DNA of 64,000 bases from Deltaproteobacteria bacterium (lineage in GTDB: Bacteria > Bdellovibrionota > JAJCYS01): contig JAJCYS010000029.1 in the NCBI GenBank assembly GCA_029262815.1, positions 9,837-73,836 on the forward strand. Reading direction: 5' to 3'. The position numbers and the translations under genes were made by a program. Position 1 is the stretch's first letter, and every line of letters begins with the position of its first letter. Shown piece after piece: positions 9,257 to 19,260 of the stretch. The notes under the pieces were generated by a model. The model had not been told where the DNA came from. It was given only the letters and a program-made list of their open reading frames with translations, and did not search any database.

Positions 9257-12200
9257 TTGATGTCAAGTGTACGTGTATTTAAGCGTTGGGGTGTGGTTCT
9301 TTCGTTGCTGATTGCATGTCAGGCGTTTTCGTCATCTAAAGACGAAGACAAAGAATCCGTTCGACATAAGATCCCAAATTGGAAATTTGTAAACATCTAT
9401 AAAGATGTTACCAATCTAACTCATCTCGATCCCAAAGCACAATCAGATGCGAAATCAGACATATTAGGCAAGCTAAAAGCTTCTCAAGGGACTGATCTAA
9501 CTAAAATTGGTGAAATATTTCAAAAATATTCCTTCGAGGCTGTAGAGAAAATTGCAAAATCGATGACCTTTAGCGCCAAGGAGTCGGGTGAACTATCGCG
9601 CATGCGTCGAGAGATGATCAATCAAGCCATGGCGGAGGCCATTAAGCAGGTAGATCCAGGCAAAAAACTCACTATCGGGATGCTTGATTCAGGGAATAAG
9701 AATAGCGGCATTGCATCTGACGTGGACCAAACGGTATTTATTATGCCAAAGGATTTGGCTAAAAAATTGGGTATCACAGAAGCCAAAATTATCGAAGCCT
9801 TCAACAAAAAATTTAAATCAAAATTTGGAGTGGATCCGGGTCGATTGGGTATCGAAAGCATGAATGGCGCTGACTTTTTTCCGGATTGGCGACAGCGTCA
9901 AAACACAGGTGTCGTTTCTGATCGAGTTGATCGAATGATGTACGGCGAAGAGGTCGATCGTGTGGTAGGCGAAAAACGCAAAAATCCAGAAGCGTATCGA
10001 TCTGAAGGTCAACTCAAGAGTCAAGCCGAAGGACGTGGATATGAGTCTTTACAGCAACATCACCAAAGAGTATCTGATCTACAGACTGCTAAAGATAAAA
10101 TTGAAGCGTACACAAAAGACAAATCGTTAAGTCCAGCTGATCGAGCGAAAAAAATTAAAACACTCACCTCGCAACTGCTCAAAAAATATCAAAAAAACTA
10201 CCCTGCATCTTCTATTGATGACATTGAACAAAGATTTCGAAAAGACTCTCCATGGACCGAGGTGAGTTGGGAAAAAGGAAAGCCTGTAACTTCTCAGATG
10301 CAAGATCCCAAAAATAAGGTGTTGAAGGATATGCCTGAGACACGAGCCAAACGATTTGCGTTCGACGGTGCATGGGACAACTGGTTGATGTATGAGAATC
10401 ATCCACATAACAGACGAAAATATTTATTACGGTCAATAGCGGAGGGCATCAGTTTATTGCGTAGCCGTGCTACCGGGACACCGCTGACAACACTTGAATA
10501 TGAAAAAGTCTATAACAGTGGGGATAAGGCTCAACTCAATAAATTTTTGACTGATGTATATAAAGGGGTTGATGAAGCTAAGATCAAACGGTTTAGAAAA
10601 AGTTTAGATGTTGCAGCGAAGGAAAGACTCAGACACAAAGGCGAAAAAAATCCCTCTACCGGCAAAGAATACACCATAAAAGAAGTCTGGTCTGAGTATT
10701 GGCCTAGAGTTTCTGAAGCGGAAAGTAAGCTGTACGCCGATATGCCAAAAGAAGCATTCGAAAAAATGCTCCACGAACGTGCAGTGAGAAATTGGGAGGC
10801 CGATGGTCGTGAAATAATGATCGAAAATCTCGTTCGGACGGTCAGTAGTCCCGCGCACTTGCTCAATGGTGGCATGACTGATGCTGATCTTAAGAAAATT
10901 CAAAAAAAATTCCCCCATGCGTCGAAGGCAAAGTTAGAACTAGCGGTTCGCAAGCAGCTCTATCATGGGATTCATGATCTGATTACGATCGAACATGCAA
11001 GAGCCCTAGTTGAGGAAGCACGCACGGGTAAAAAATCAACCCAAAGCCGACATACGAGTCTTGTCGATCGACTGTTCAAAGCACTCGGTGGTGAGAATAG
11101 TAAGATGGGCAAGGAAGTAAAAGCCATCGCCCTTCAAGCGGCCCAGCGTCGTATTGCGACAGAGCCTGGCGCACGCACTTTTAGACATGAATTCTTCGAC
11201 TTTATGCGTACCAGCCTCAAAGAGAAATTTAACGACACAAAGTTTCGTTTGGCGGGTACTGCTGAAGCGTTTAAAGAGGCCAAGGCGAAGTATCAAAAAG
11301 GATTTTATACCCCGGAATATGTCGCTGACAAGGTCATCCGTGCTATGGGAGATCGATGGGGGTCTTTGAAGGCACACGGACACCATCTTGCTGGGTTTGA
11401 AAAAGTGAGAACCAACATGTTGGTTCCAGTCAGAGGCCCCATAGACATTCCAATCCAAAAAGCCACTTATAAATGGAGTGGTAAAAAGCTATTTCGTAAC
11501 ATGGCTACTGCTGGCAACATTGATTCTGTTATCCAGGTCATGTATGCCTACCAAACTGGGGGCTCCGAAGCGGCCGCATGGACGGCTGGATATGAGATCA
11601 TGATGAATTTTCCACCGGTGGCCCAGCTGAATGCAGTCAAAGACCTTGTAGTGAACAAGCAGCCTAGAGGCGTTATCATGATGGGGTCTGCCATGATGGT
11701 CCCCGCATTGGGCCAAGCTTACATTATGGTGTCTCTAGGGACAACTTCCGTCAAACTCTTAGGTAACTATGTCCTACAACCTCTAAAAAATGATGATGCA
11801 GACAAAATGTATCAAGGGTTTTTAGACCAGAGCAGTGGGTTTAAGGAAATAGAGCGTTCTCAGCGTGTGAGTTTACTTCATTTTGTACCGAGGCGATATG
11901 TACAGAAGACAGTCAAAGCGCCTGAAGGTACCAAAGACGACAAGGGAAATCTAGTCAAAACCACACAGGTCATATATTTCGACACGTACTCTAAACAGGA
12001 AGCTCGAAAGTATTTTACGGTTTTTGACAATGAATACAGTGAATTTGTCGAGAAGGGTTTAGTGGGGGGTGATGAAAATTGGTCAAAAACCATTAAGGAC
12101 ATGGGTAACGAGATTCAGAATCCCGTAGCATATTTTAATTCGAAACGTATTGGGATGTATCATTACTACAGAAATCCCAAGGCTGTGTTTGCTAAAGACT

Positions 12201-14923
12201 GGCAAAAAATGATGAACGCTTTAAAGAAAAAGCAATACAGCGTGGACGATCCTGATGCAATGCCAATCATAGCGGAATTCTTTATATCTCGGATTAATGA
12301 TTGGGTTCATGCAAAAGGGGAGTTTGCCTCATTCGATGAAAACCTGATTATCTCGAAGCGGTTTGAGGATGAGGCCTTGCGATACAAAATTGCAGCTCGT
12401 GCGGCAGGAGATTTGGTCCGTAGCTATCAAACAATCACCAACCTCGAAGAAAGTACGGGAAATCAAATCGATGAATTTCGTAAACAGGAAAAAAATAAGG
12501 AACTATTGGCACTGATGCAGGCATTGCATGAGGCGTTCGGCATCGATCCAGAGTTAGACATGGTTCATGCACTTCATGAGTTACATGCCTTGAAACGACT
12601 TGAGGAACGAGAACCCACTGAACCCCGAGTCCACATTCGACCTCGTGTGGTGGTAAATCGAGGGAAAGATGGACAAGAAGGACATGGTGTAGATTTTTTG
12701 ATTTCGGTGATTTCCTCGCCTGATGAAGGTGCAGAAGCGTCAAAGGGTGTGCCTACCTTTTACACGGATGTGAACTACGTTTTTAATGAGATTAGTGAAG
12801 AAGAGGTTGAGGTCATTGCCAAAGTGGGGGTCTATAGGGGGAAGAAAAAACAAGGCCTCATAGGATACTATGACCCGAAGACCAAACGCGTTATCAAAGA
12901 GCCCAAAGAATTTAAAATCGGACGAGTGGGTGTCAAAAAAGCCTTACCTGGAACTTCTGATCTTATGATCGGTATGGGAAAAAAGATAACCGATGATTCA
13001 CAGTCCGAACGAAATACTATTCAACATGTCGAAGCCTATGATCCGAGCAAAGCCTCATCATGGGGAAAGACATGGGGTAATGAACAAGTAACTTACTTAT
13101 CTCCGCAGCTTTGGATCCGTTGGAAGGATGCGCCTTTAGGAGGTGGCTTTGCGTATGAGTATACGGTCACCGGTGATAATTCAAAATATACGTATTCAAA
13201 TGACGGCGTCATTATTCCGGGGGTACGATTTCCAGTTCAGGAAGGTGAGCCCTCTAGGCAAAATGCTTTTGTTATCAGATTGCCGTGGCCTAGAGGGTAT
13301 GCGGGCCAATTTAATGTGACAGGTAAGCTTCACGCTTTTAAAAAATATCCGGGAGGGTCGGATTGGAAAAAACTGACAGCACTTGCGACCTACGATTTTG
13401 AAAAAACATTTTCGATTCAGGATGATCGAGGCGACACAGAGGTTACCTTAAAATTGGGCGTTTCAAAGCTGGGGCCTGAAACACCTCCAAAGCCTGGAGA
13501 CAAGACCGTCAGGCGAGCCAAAGCGCCAAAGAATGCACCTGCCCACATGAAAAACTGGGTTTATGAGCCGACTTTCTTGGATTGGGATGATCAGAAGGCT
13601 TCACCGTTTCGCGGGCGGTGGGGAGAAGACTATATTCGAGGGCATAAGCCACAGCTCTGGATCAATTGGCCTGATGTACCTCCATCAAAGCGATATTATT
13701 ATGAGTATGAAGTCACCGGGGGACGGCCTGAGTATCTGAAAGGAACGAAAAAATTAACAGCGATTCGATCAGCTGAGTTTTTTCCCCCTTATGAACGGGG
13801 AAAACCTCGTCCATTAGGGAATCGGTTTGTAATTCCGTTTAAGTATCCAGTCAGTCATGGCGGGTTGTTTCAGATTGAAGGTACGTTGTATGCGTATGAA
13901 AAGGGAGGGCGTCCTGAAGTCCTCAAACAACAAACCCCTTTGGCAACGCTGCCTTTTAAAAAGACATTTAGGATTGGGTTCTTTGATCGTTCGGGTCATG
14001 TGAAAGGGACTGTCTGGCCTTCTGGAATTGTTGTTGGAAAAGTCAGGTTAAATCGGATTCAGAAAGGTAAACGGGTTGCTAAAATAACCGGTGCAGGATC
14101 GACAAACTACTGGATGGTTCACTCGGTGGGTCTCGGAGGGGACTTTATCTTTCGAGGTGCGAAGAATTTAAAGACCGTTACAGTTGAGTTTCAAGATTTT
14201 GGTGAAATGGCACGGTTAGCGCTGCCTGTAGAGTTGAAATCCAGAGAGTCAAAACTAAATTCATCAAAATGTGTGAGTGACCGTAAAAAATCCTTGGCTA
14301 ATTTACAGAAAAGAAATCCCTATGCATATAAAGATATTATTGGAACACAGAAGAATATTGCAAATTGTTATGTGTATAAGTTCTCAGGTAATTTAACTGA
14401 TAATTTCGAAGCCTGGGAGAAGAGCATGATTGAGGTGTTTAAAACCAGACAAAAATGGGCAAGTGTGGTGACGAACAGAAGTTGGGCAGGTCACAAGAAG
14501 AAGCGTCTTCGAGTTCAGGTTCCTGGCAAAAAAGGTCGGCCCAATGTTGCTATTCAAGGGACAGAACATCAAGGGCTTATTCAAGAAGCACTCCAACGGC
14601 AGAAGCAATCTCTAGAAGATCAAGTTGCGCATACGTATCTCAGAATTTCTCATGCAGCAGGACGTAATGGTTACTACGATAAGGCCAAAAAGTGGTCTCA
14701 AAAATTTGTGGAAAATGCGAAGGGGAAAGAGCGTTTTGATAGTTACTTGAAATCTCACTATTTCCAAATGGCAAGAGTAACTGTTCGGCTGGCAGGTGAC
14801 GCCGATGAGGCACTCAGATATGAAAAATTAAGCAATGAATTCAGGATGAAGAGCGCCAAGAATCCCAATTACAAACCACCACCCCTTCGATTTGAGATTG
14901 GTGAAGACTTCAAACGACTCTAG
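9257..14923 (+). CDS. Giant exported multidomain protein (1888 aa), toxin/effector-like
   Basis: Signal peptide; SG..SGIASDVDQT motif; central hydrophobic stretch; duplicated ~105-aa PQLWIxW domain; TPR-like C-terminus. Confidence 0.85.
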   Translation: MMSSVRVFKRWGVVLSLLIACQAFSSSKDEDKESVRHKIPNWKFVNIYKDVTNLTHLDPKAQSDAKSDILGKLKASQGTDLTKIGEIFQKYSFEAVEKIAKSMTFSAKESGELSRMRREMINQAMAEAIKQVDPGKKLTIGMLDSGNKNSGIASDVDQTVFIMPKDLAKKLGITEAKIIEAFNKKFKSKFGVDPGRLGIESMNGADFFPDWRQRQNTGVVSDRVDRMMYGEEVDRVVGEKRKNPEAYRSEGQLKSQAEGRGYESLQQHHQRVSDLQTAKDKIEAYTKDKSLSPADRAKKIKTLTSQLLKKYQKNYPASSIDDIEQRFRKDSPWTEVSWEKGKPVTSQMQDPKNKVLKDMPETRAKRFAFDGAWDNWLMYENHPHNRRKYLLRSIAEGISLLRSRATGTPLTTLEYEKVYNSGDKAQLNKFLTDVYKGVDEAKIKRFRKSLDVAAKERLRHKGEKNPSTGKEYTIKEVWSEYWPRVSEAESKLYADMPKEAFEKMLHERAVRNWEADGREIMIENLVRTVSSPAHLLNGGMTDADLKKIQKKFPHASKAKLELAVRKQLYHGIHDLITIEHARALVEEARTGKKSTQSRHTSLVDRLFKALGGENSKMGKEVKAIALQAAQRRIATEPGARTFRHEFFDFMRTSLKEKFNDTKFRLAGTAEAFKEAKAKYQKGFYTPEYVADKVIRAMGDRWGSLKAHGHHLAGFEKVRTNMLVPVRGPIDIPIQKATYKWSGKKLFRNMATAGNIDSVIQVMYAYQTGGSEAAAWTAGYEIMMNFPPVAQLNAVKDLVVNKQPRGVIMMGSAMMVPALGQAYIMVSLGTTSVKLLGNYVLQPLKNDDADKMYQGFLDQSSGFKEIERSQRVSLLHFVPRRYVQKTVKAPEGTKDDKGNLVKTTQVIYFDTYSKQEARKYFTVFDNEYSEFVEKGLVGGDENWSKTIKDMGNEIQNPVAYFNSKRIGMYHYYRNPKAVFAKDWQKMMNALKKKQYSVDDPDAMPIIAEFFISRINDWVHAKGEFASFDENLIISKRFEDEALRYKIAARAAGDLVRSYQTITNLEESTGNQIDEFRKQEKNKELLALMQALHEAFGIDPELDMVHALHELHALKRLEEREPTEPRVHIRPRVVVNRGKDGQEGHGVDFLISVISSPDEGAEASKGVPTFYTDVNYVFNEISEEEVEVIAKVGVYRGKKKQGLIGYYDPKTKRVIKEPKEFKIGRVGVKKALPGTSDLMIGMGKKITDDSQSERNTIQHVEAYDPSKASSWGKTWGNEQVTYLSPQLWIRWKDAPLGGGFAYEYTVTGDNSKYTYSNDGVIIPGVRFPVQEGEPSRQNAFVIRLPWPRGYAGQFNVTGKLHAFKKYPGGSDWKKLTALATYDFEKTFSIQDDRGDTEVTLKLGVSKLGPETPPKPGDKTVRRAKAPKNAPAHMKNWVYEPTFLDWDDQKASPFRGRWGEDYIRGHKPQLWINWPDVPPSKRYYYEYEVTGGRPEYLKGTKKLTAIRSAEFFPPYERGKPRPLGNRFVIPFKYPVSHGGLFQIEGTLYAYEKGGRPEVLKQQTPLATLPFKKTFRIGFFDRSGHVKGTVWPSGIVVGKVRLNRIQKGKRVAKITGAGSTNYWMVHSVGLGGDFIFRGAKNLKTVTVEFQDFGEMARLALPVELKSRESKLNSSKCVSDRKKSLANLQKRNPYAYKDIIGTQKNIANCYVYKFSGNLTDNFEAWEKSMIEVFKTRQKWASVVTNRSWAGHKKKRLRVQVPGKKGRPNVAIQGTEHQGLIQEALQRQKQSLEDQVAHTYLRISHAAGRNGYYDKAKKWSQKFVENAKGKERFDSYLKSHYFQMARVTVRLAGDADEALRYEKLSNEFRMKSAKNPNYKPPPLRFEIGEDFKRL

Positions 14924-14968
14924 AACGGAGGTTGAGAGTTTTAAAATGTGTTGGTAGGATAGGACCAC

Positions 14969-15388
14969 ATGAAATCTCTGACTGAGTATTTATGGTTCAA
15001 GACCCCAAATCGACGGGGTTTTCTTAATATCACAAATCAGATCGAGGCATTGGTCAAAAAAAGCGGAATTCAAGAGGGATTGTGTTTGGTGAATGCCATG
15101 CATATCACGGCGAGTGTCTATATAAATGATGATGAACAAGGATTATTAAAAGACTACGATGTGTGGCTAGAGCATCTAGCGCCCCATGCGCCGATATCAC
15201 AATATAAACATAATGATACTGGCGAAGATAATGCAGATGCCCATATGAAACGTCAAGTTATGGGGCGAGAAGTTGTGGTTGCCATCACGAAAGGGGTATT
15301 AGATCTTGGCCCTTGGGAGCAGATTTTTTATGGCGAATTTGATGGCCGCCGAAAAAAACGGGTACTTGTGAAAATCATCGGAGGCTGA
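14969..15388 (+). CDS. yjbQ: YjbQ/UPF0047 family protein (secondary thiamine-phosphate synthase)
   Basis: [44 protein letters not shown]. Confidence 0.95.
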   Translation: MKSLTEYLWFKTPNRRGFLNITNQIEALVKKSGIQEGLCLVNAMHITASVYINDDEQGLLKDYDVWLEHLAPHAPISQYKHNDTGEDNADAHMKRQVMGREVVVAITKGVLDLGPWEQIFYGEFDGRRKKRVLVKIIGG

Positions 15389-16545
15389 TGGTATTGGTTG
15401 CTCTTGTTGTGCATGCAAAATCCAGAACTCAAATACGATTATTATTTGCTAAGTTTTTTATTTCTTGTTTTGCTGCCCAATGTTTTGGATTTGAATGTAA
15501 AGACAGCACGAAATTTTTGAAATCTCATCACCGGTCATTCCTCGATGAAAAAATGATTACGTTAGATGGATTTAAGAAAATTATCCAAGAAGAAATTTCA
15601 AATGAATCATTACATAAACTTTTTTTAGCGCATATCGAATTGCGACTTGCTTTGGGTTATAAAATTCGAGGATTAGATGAGGCGGCCGAATTAGAAGTGT
15701 CAAAAATTGAAACTCAACTGCCGATAGATTTAAAATCGCAGGTTATTGAACTTGTATTGACGACACTTCCGAACAGTAGGGCCGTGCAAACTGCTTACGT
15801 ACAGATTGTCTATCAGGTGCCTCCTTTGGAGATGGTTCTGTATTTGCATGCAGATGTAGCATTTGCATCAAATCACACGATTATTGGTAAAGGCGGAGGG
15901 AACGCGCCGGTTTTTCCGATGGAACCTGAATATTTCGAAACCGCATATGCGGTATTGCAATACGGTAATTTAAAATCAAGCTCAAGTGTATTAGAGCTTG
16001 GATATATGCCACCTGCAAATTTAGCAATATTGCGATATGCCCTGTCTGGTCATATCGTGGGGGTGGATGAAAAGTCCGTTCCGATCTCATTATTCATATC
16101 TGGGACATCCATAAACGAATCTTTGTCTGCCTTTAGTAATATATCAGTTTTTGGAATGGATCTCTTTAAAGGGGATTTAATAGAGGATAGGAGTCTATTG
16201 AAGGTGCTTCAAACCTATGGGGGGGTTGATATAATTTTCGCACACAACATTTTTCAAAAGATTAAACGTACGTCTGCTGAAGCATATTTCGAATTTATAG
16301 TTCCGAACTTGCTTAATGAGGGTGGTACCTTGCTTTTTATCAAAGATCCGGAGTCATCGTATATAAGTGATCCGGACCTTAATAGTTTAAATGAAGTGGG
16401 TGTTGCCACTGTCCGTAAGGGTGAGAAGCGGGCGTTTGATCCAAGAATTGAAGACCGAATGAATACATTCATGAATTGCACCGTATATCGGAAAGGATGT
16501 TTTGATACCACCACGCTCGAGAAAGAAATGGTGTTCCCCTTTTGA
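15388..16545 (+). CDS. Probably exported protein with C-terminal SAM-methyltransferase-like domain
   Basis: Hydrophobic N-terminus then FECKD; VLELGY...IVGVD, GDL, VDIIFAHNIF and LLNEGGTL follow class I MTase motif order. True start uncertain. Confidence 0.6.
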   Translation: MVLVALVVHAKSRTQIRLLFAKFFISCFAAQCFGFECKDSTKFLKSHHRSFLDEKMITLDGFKKIIQEEISNESLHKLFLAHIELRLALGYKIRGLDEAAELEVSKIETQLPIDLKSQVIELVLTTLPNSRAVQTAYVQIVYQVPPLEMVLYLHADVAFASNHTIIGKGGGNAPVFPMEPEYFETAYAVLQYGNLKSSSSVLELGYMPPANLAILRYALSGHIVGVDEKSVPISLFISGTSINESLSAFSNISVFGMDLFKGDLIEDRSLLKVLQTYGGVDIIFAHNIFQKIKRTSAEAYFEFIVPNLLNEGGTLLFIKDPESSYISDPDLNSLNEVGVATVRKGEKRAFDPRIEDRMNTFMNCTVYRKGCFDTTTLEKEMVFPF

Positions 16546-16617
16546 ATAAATAAAAACAATTTTGTTCCAAATCTAACTTGCTGTTATTTATATAGTAAAT
16601 ATCTCAAATGTTAATTG

Positions 16618-16646
16618 TTGACAATACCAGATTCCAAAGCTATTAT
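16618..16646 (+). promoter_or_regulatory. Sigma70-type promoter
   Basis: TTGACA-17 nt-TATTAT upstream of the 16702 gene, which has a GAGGTGG RBS. Confidence 0.7.
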
Positions 16647-16701
16647 CTATAATTCTATTTAATAATAAAGAGGTTTAGTTTATCTAAAGAGGTGGTGTCA
16701 A

Positions 16702-18093
16702 ATGAAACGTAGTTACAATACCGTATCAGCATTTTTGCTGCTATCCCTGGCTTTAGGGGGTTGTGCAAAAAAAGGTGCAATTGAGAACAAGCAAAAAAAT
16801 AATCAAATGGCTGCAATTCAGGCCAAGCAGAAACAGCTTGAATCTGAACTGGCGGCAAAAGAACTGAAAGATATCAATTCATATTGGATCGGGCGAACCG
16901 TTTTAATAGCGAAAGTCGTCCAAGGGGAAAACGATGTTACAGAAAAATTTCTTGGACGTTTTAAAGATACGACCCAAAATTCTCCGATAGAAGATCCTGA
17001 GTTTAATTTCAATTCAGAACGTTTTATTGTGAGTGCCATTGTAGATGGTACAAAATCAAAATTTACTTATGATACAAGTGGTGATGGTCCTAATGCTGGA
17101 CGTGTTGTATTGGAAGAAAATGGGAAAATTGTTCTAAAGAAATTTGTATTTAAAATTAAAAATAAGGAATCCGGATCAGTTTTAAGGTATGAAAGTCCAA
17201 GACTTGAATTGAGTCTTTTAGATGAAAAAAATGTCACATACTTGGTGGGTAAAGGCGAAAACGGACTAACCGTATTTTTCGAAGCCAAGGATCCAGATGC
17301 AATTGTAGCTGAAAAAAATGAGGTCATCAAAAAACAAGATGAAGATTTGAGATCTGAAAAAGAAAAATATAGTCGATTTGAAGCTGTAAAAAATCAAGAA
17401 ATTGGTGATCTTAAGTTAAAGTTAGCCAAATTTCAAAATACAACAGTTCCAAAATTAGAAACTCAGTTAAAGAAATTAAATGAAGAGACAGTCCCTGTGC
17501 TAGAAAGTGCAATAGCAACGTACAAGAACACGACAGTGCCGGGATTAGAAAACAAATTGAAAACACTCGAAAAAACAACAGTCCCCGGACTACAGCAAAA
17601 AATTGCAGTGTATAGAGATACGACGGTACCTGGATTGAACACCCAAATAGAGAATCTAGAAAATGCAGCGGGAGAAACAACAAGATTGCAAGGTATCAAA
17701 GATCAAAAACAAGTTATAGCAACGAAGAAATTGAATAATCAGTTAAAGAAATTGAACGAAGAGACAGTGCCAGGATTAGAAAGTAAAATCGCAATGTACA
17801 AGAATACGACAGTGCCGGGATTAGAAAACAAGGTAAGAGAACTTGAAGGAACAACAATCCCTGGATTGCGCCAAGAGGTTACAGTGCTTAAAGAAACGAC
17901 GGTACCCGGATTGGAAAATACGATAGAAACATACAAGACTAAAACGGTACCTGGATTAGAAAACAAAATAGCAACATACAAAAATACAACAGTACCTGGA
18001 TTAAAAAATAGAATTAAAGAACTTGAAAAACAGCTTGAGGGTAAAGAACCTGAAGAAAAGAAAGAAAAAGATGATTCTTCAGATTCTGAATAA
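16702..18093 (+). CDS. Lipoprotein with C-terminal 15-residue-repeat coiled coil
   Basis: Lipobox LGGC; N-terminal beta domain; 11 repeats of consensus TVPGLENKIATYKNT. Confidence 0.85.
   Translation: MKRSYNTVSAFLLLSLALGGCAKKGAIENKQKNNQMAAIQAKQKQLESELAAKELKDINSYWIGRTVLIAKVVQGENDVTEKFLGRFKDTTQNSPIEDPEFNFNSERFIVSAIVDGTKSKFTYDTSGDGPNAGRVVLEENGKIVLKKFVFKIKNKESGSVLRYESPRLELSLLDEKNVTYLVGKGENGLTVFFEAKDPDAIVAEKNEVIKKQDEDLRSEKEKYSRFEAVKNQEIGDLKLKLAKFQNTTVPKLETQLKKLNEETVPVLESAIATYKNTTVPGLENKLKTLEKTTVPGLQQKIAVYRDTTVPGLNTQIENLENAAGETTRLQGIKDQKQVIATKKLNNQLKKLNEETVPGLESKIAMYKNTTVPGLENKVRELEGTTIPGLRQEVTVLKETTVPGLENTIETYKTKTVPGLENKIATYKNTTVPGLKNRIKELEKQLEGKEPEEKKEKDDSSDSE
17443..18033 (+). repeat. Intragenic 45-nt tandem repeats in two blocks (5 + 6 copies)
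   Basis: Recurring acagt(g/a/c)cc.ggatt units at 45-nt spacing; near-identical cagttaaagaaatt(a/g)aa(t/c)gaagagacagt at ~17464 and ~17740. Confidence 0.9.
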
Positions 18094-18123
18094 TTGATCC
18101 TATTGATCTAATTAACAGTCAAG

Positions 18124-18161
18124 AAAACCGTCTGGGTGATATCCACCTAGACGGTTTTTTT
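18124..18161 (+). terminator. Rho-independent terminator
   Basis: aaaaccgtctgggtg-atatc-cacctagacgg followed by a T-run, just after the 18093 stop. Confidence 0.85.
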
Positions 18162-19260
18162 GTTGGTCTATATTATATTGGTTCACAGTGTTATCAGCAG
18201 TGATATAATCAATCCCGAAAGAGGGGGAGCTATCTTTCAGGATCTAACATATGAAGAAACATCCGGTTGTCCTTTATGTGCCTCAAAACGTCGTCAGGTT
18301 TATGATCATGGGGCTGACACCTTAACTCAAGAAATCAACAGATACGTCCCCAAAGATGTATCATCTCTGCCTACCTTGCAAAATAGTCGGAATTTGTGCA
18401 AATCATGCAAGCTGATTTACTTGTCTCCTAGGCTGTCTCCCAAGAGCTTGGGTACGATCTATAAGTACTGGTACCAATATACTTACCATCACATATTTGA
18501 TGACTCAGGGCATTTGAAGTCCCGTAAAAAAGAATTCGAACAGTATCATTTTCAAGCACTCAGCAGGGTTTGTCCAAAACCTGGGTATCTACTTGATGTG
18601 GGGTGCGGGAGTGGTATTTTTCTGAGTGTAGCTCGACGTCATGGATGGCGAGGATTTGGTATCGAACTGGATCCTCATACTGCAATAAAAGGAGAGAAAC
18701 AGTTCAATGTACCCATCAGAGCTGGTACTATTCAATCGACTCTATTCGATCGGGATAAATTTGATGCCATTACGCTGTTTGATTATTTAGAACATACTTC
18801 CACACCTGGGCAAGATCTAGCATTACTCACTCGCCACTTGCTGCCAGGTGGTGTGATTCTAATTCGGGTTCCAAACCGTAACAGTCTTCAATCATTGGTT
18901 ATGAGATCAAAGTGGCTTGCCATTATTTCAAACCATTTGTCTTATTATAATAAGAAAACCTTACAAATAGCCCTTGCGTCCCATGGTCTAGAAGTGATTC
19001 ATATGTCAGCTGGAAATTATCGAACAGAATGGGACATCATAAAACAAAAAATCCAATGGGTTCGATCTAAGTTAAACCCTTCAAAAGAAGTTGAACAGTC
19101 AAGCCAGGCAGTAAGGAGTTCTCCACAGTCGAGTAAGCGCGGATCATCTATTCGAATGGGGTTAAGATTAGCATACAGTATTTTTATCGAACAACTGGAT
19201 CACATCGGTGGATGGTTCGGATTAGGGAACAATTTGATGGTGATCGCGAAGAAAAAATGA
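18160..19260 (+). CDS. Class I SAM-dependent methyltransferase with N-terminal Zn-binding Cys pairs (surface-glycan-associated type)
   Basis: CPLC...CKSC, LLDVGCGSG, FDAITLFDYLEH, LLPGG, VPN. True start is probably downstream of the terminator. Confidence 0.85.
   Translation: MLVYIILVHSVISSDIINPERGGAIFQDLTYEETSGCPLCASKRRQVYDHGADTLTQEINRYVPKDVSSLPTLQNSRNLCKSCKLIYLSPRLSPKSLGTIYKYWYQYTYHHIFDDSGHLKSRKKEFEQYHFQALSRVCPKPGYLLDVGCGSGIFLSVARRHGWRGFGIELDPHTAIKGEKQFNVPIRAGTIQSTLFDRDKFDAITLFDYLEHTSTPGQDLALLTRHLLPGGVILIRVPNRNSLQSLVMRSKWLAIISNHLSYYNKKTLQIALASHGLEVIHMSAGNYRTEWDIIKQKIQWVRSKLNPSKEVEQSSQAVRSSPQSSKRGSSIRMGLRLAYSIFIEQLDHIGGWFGLGNNLMVIAKKK

Noticed and set aside
17443..18033. 45-nt periodic repeats as a CRISPR array
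   Set aside because: The repeats are in-frame coding units varying at synonymous positions, with no unique spacers and no cas genes.
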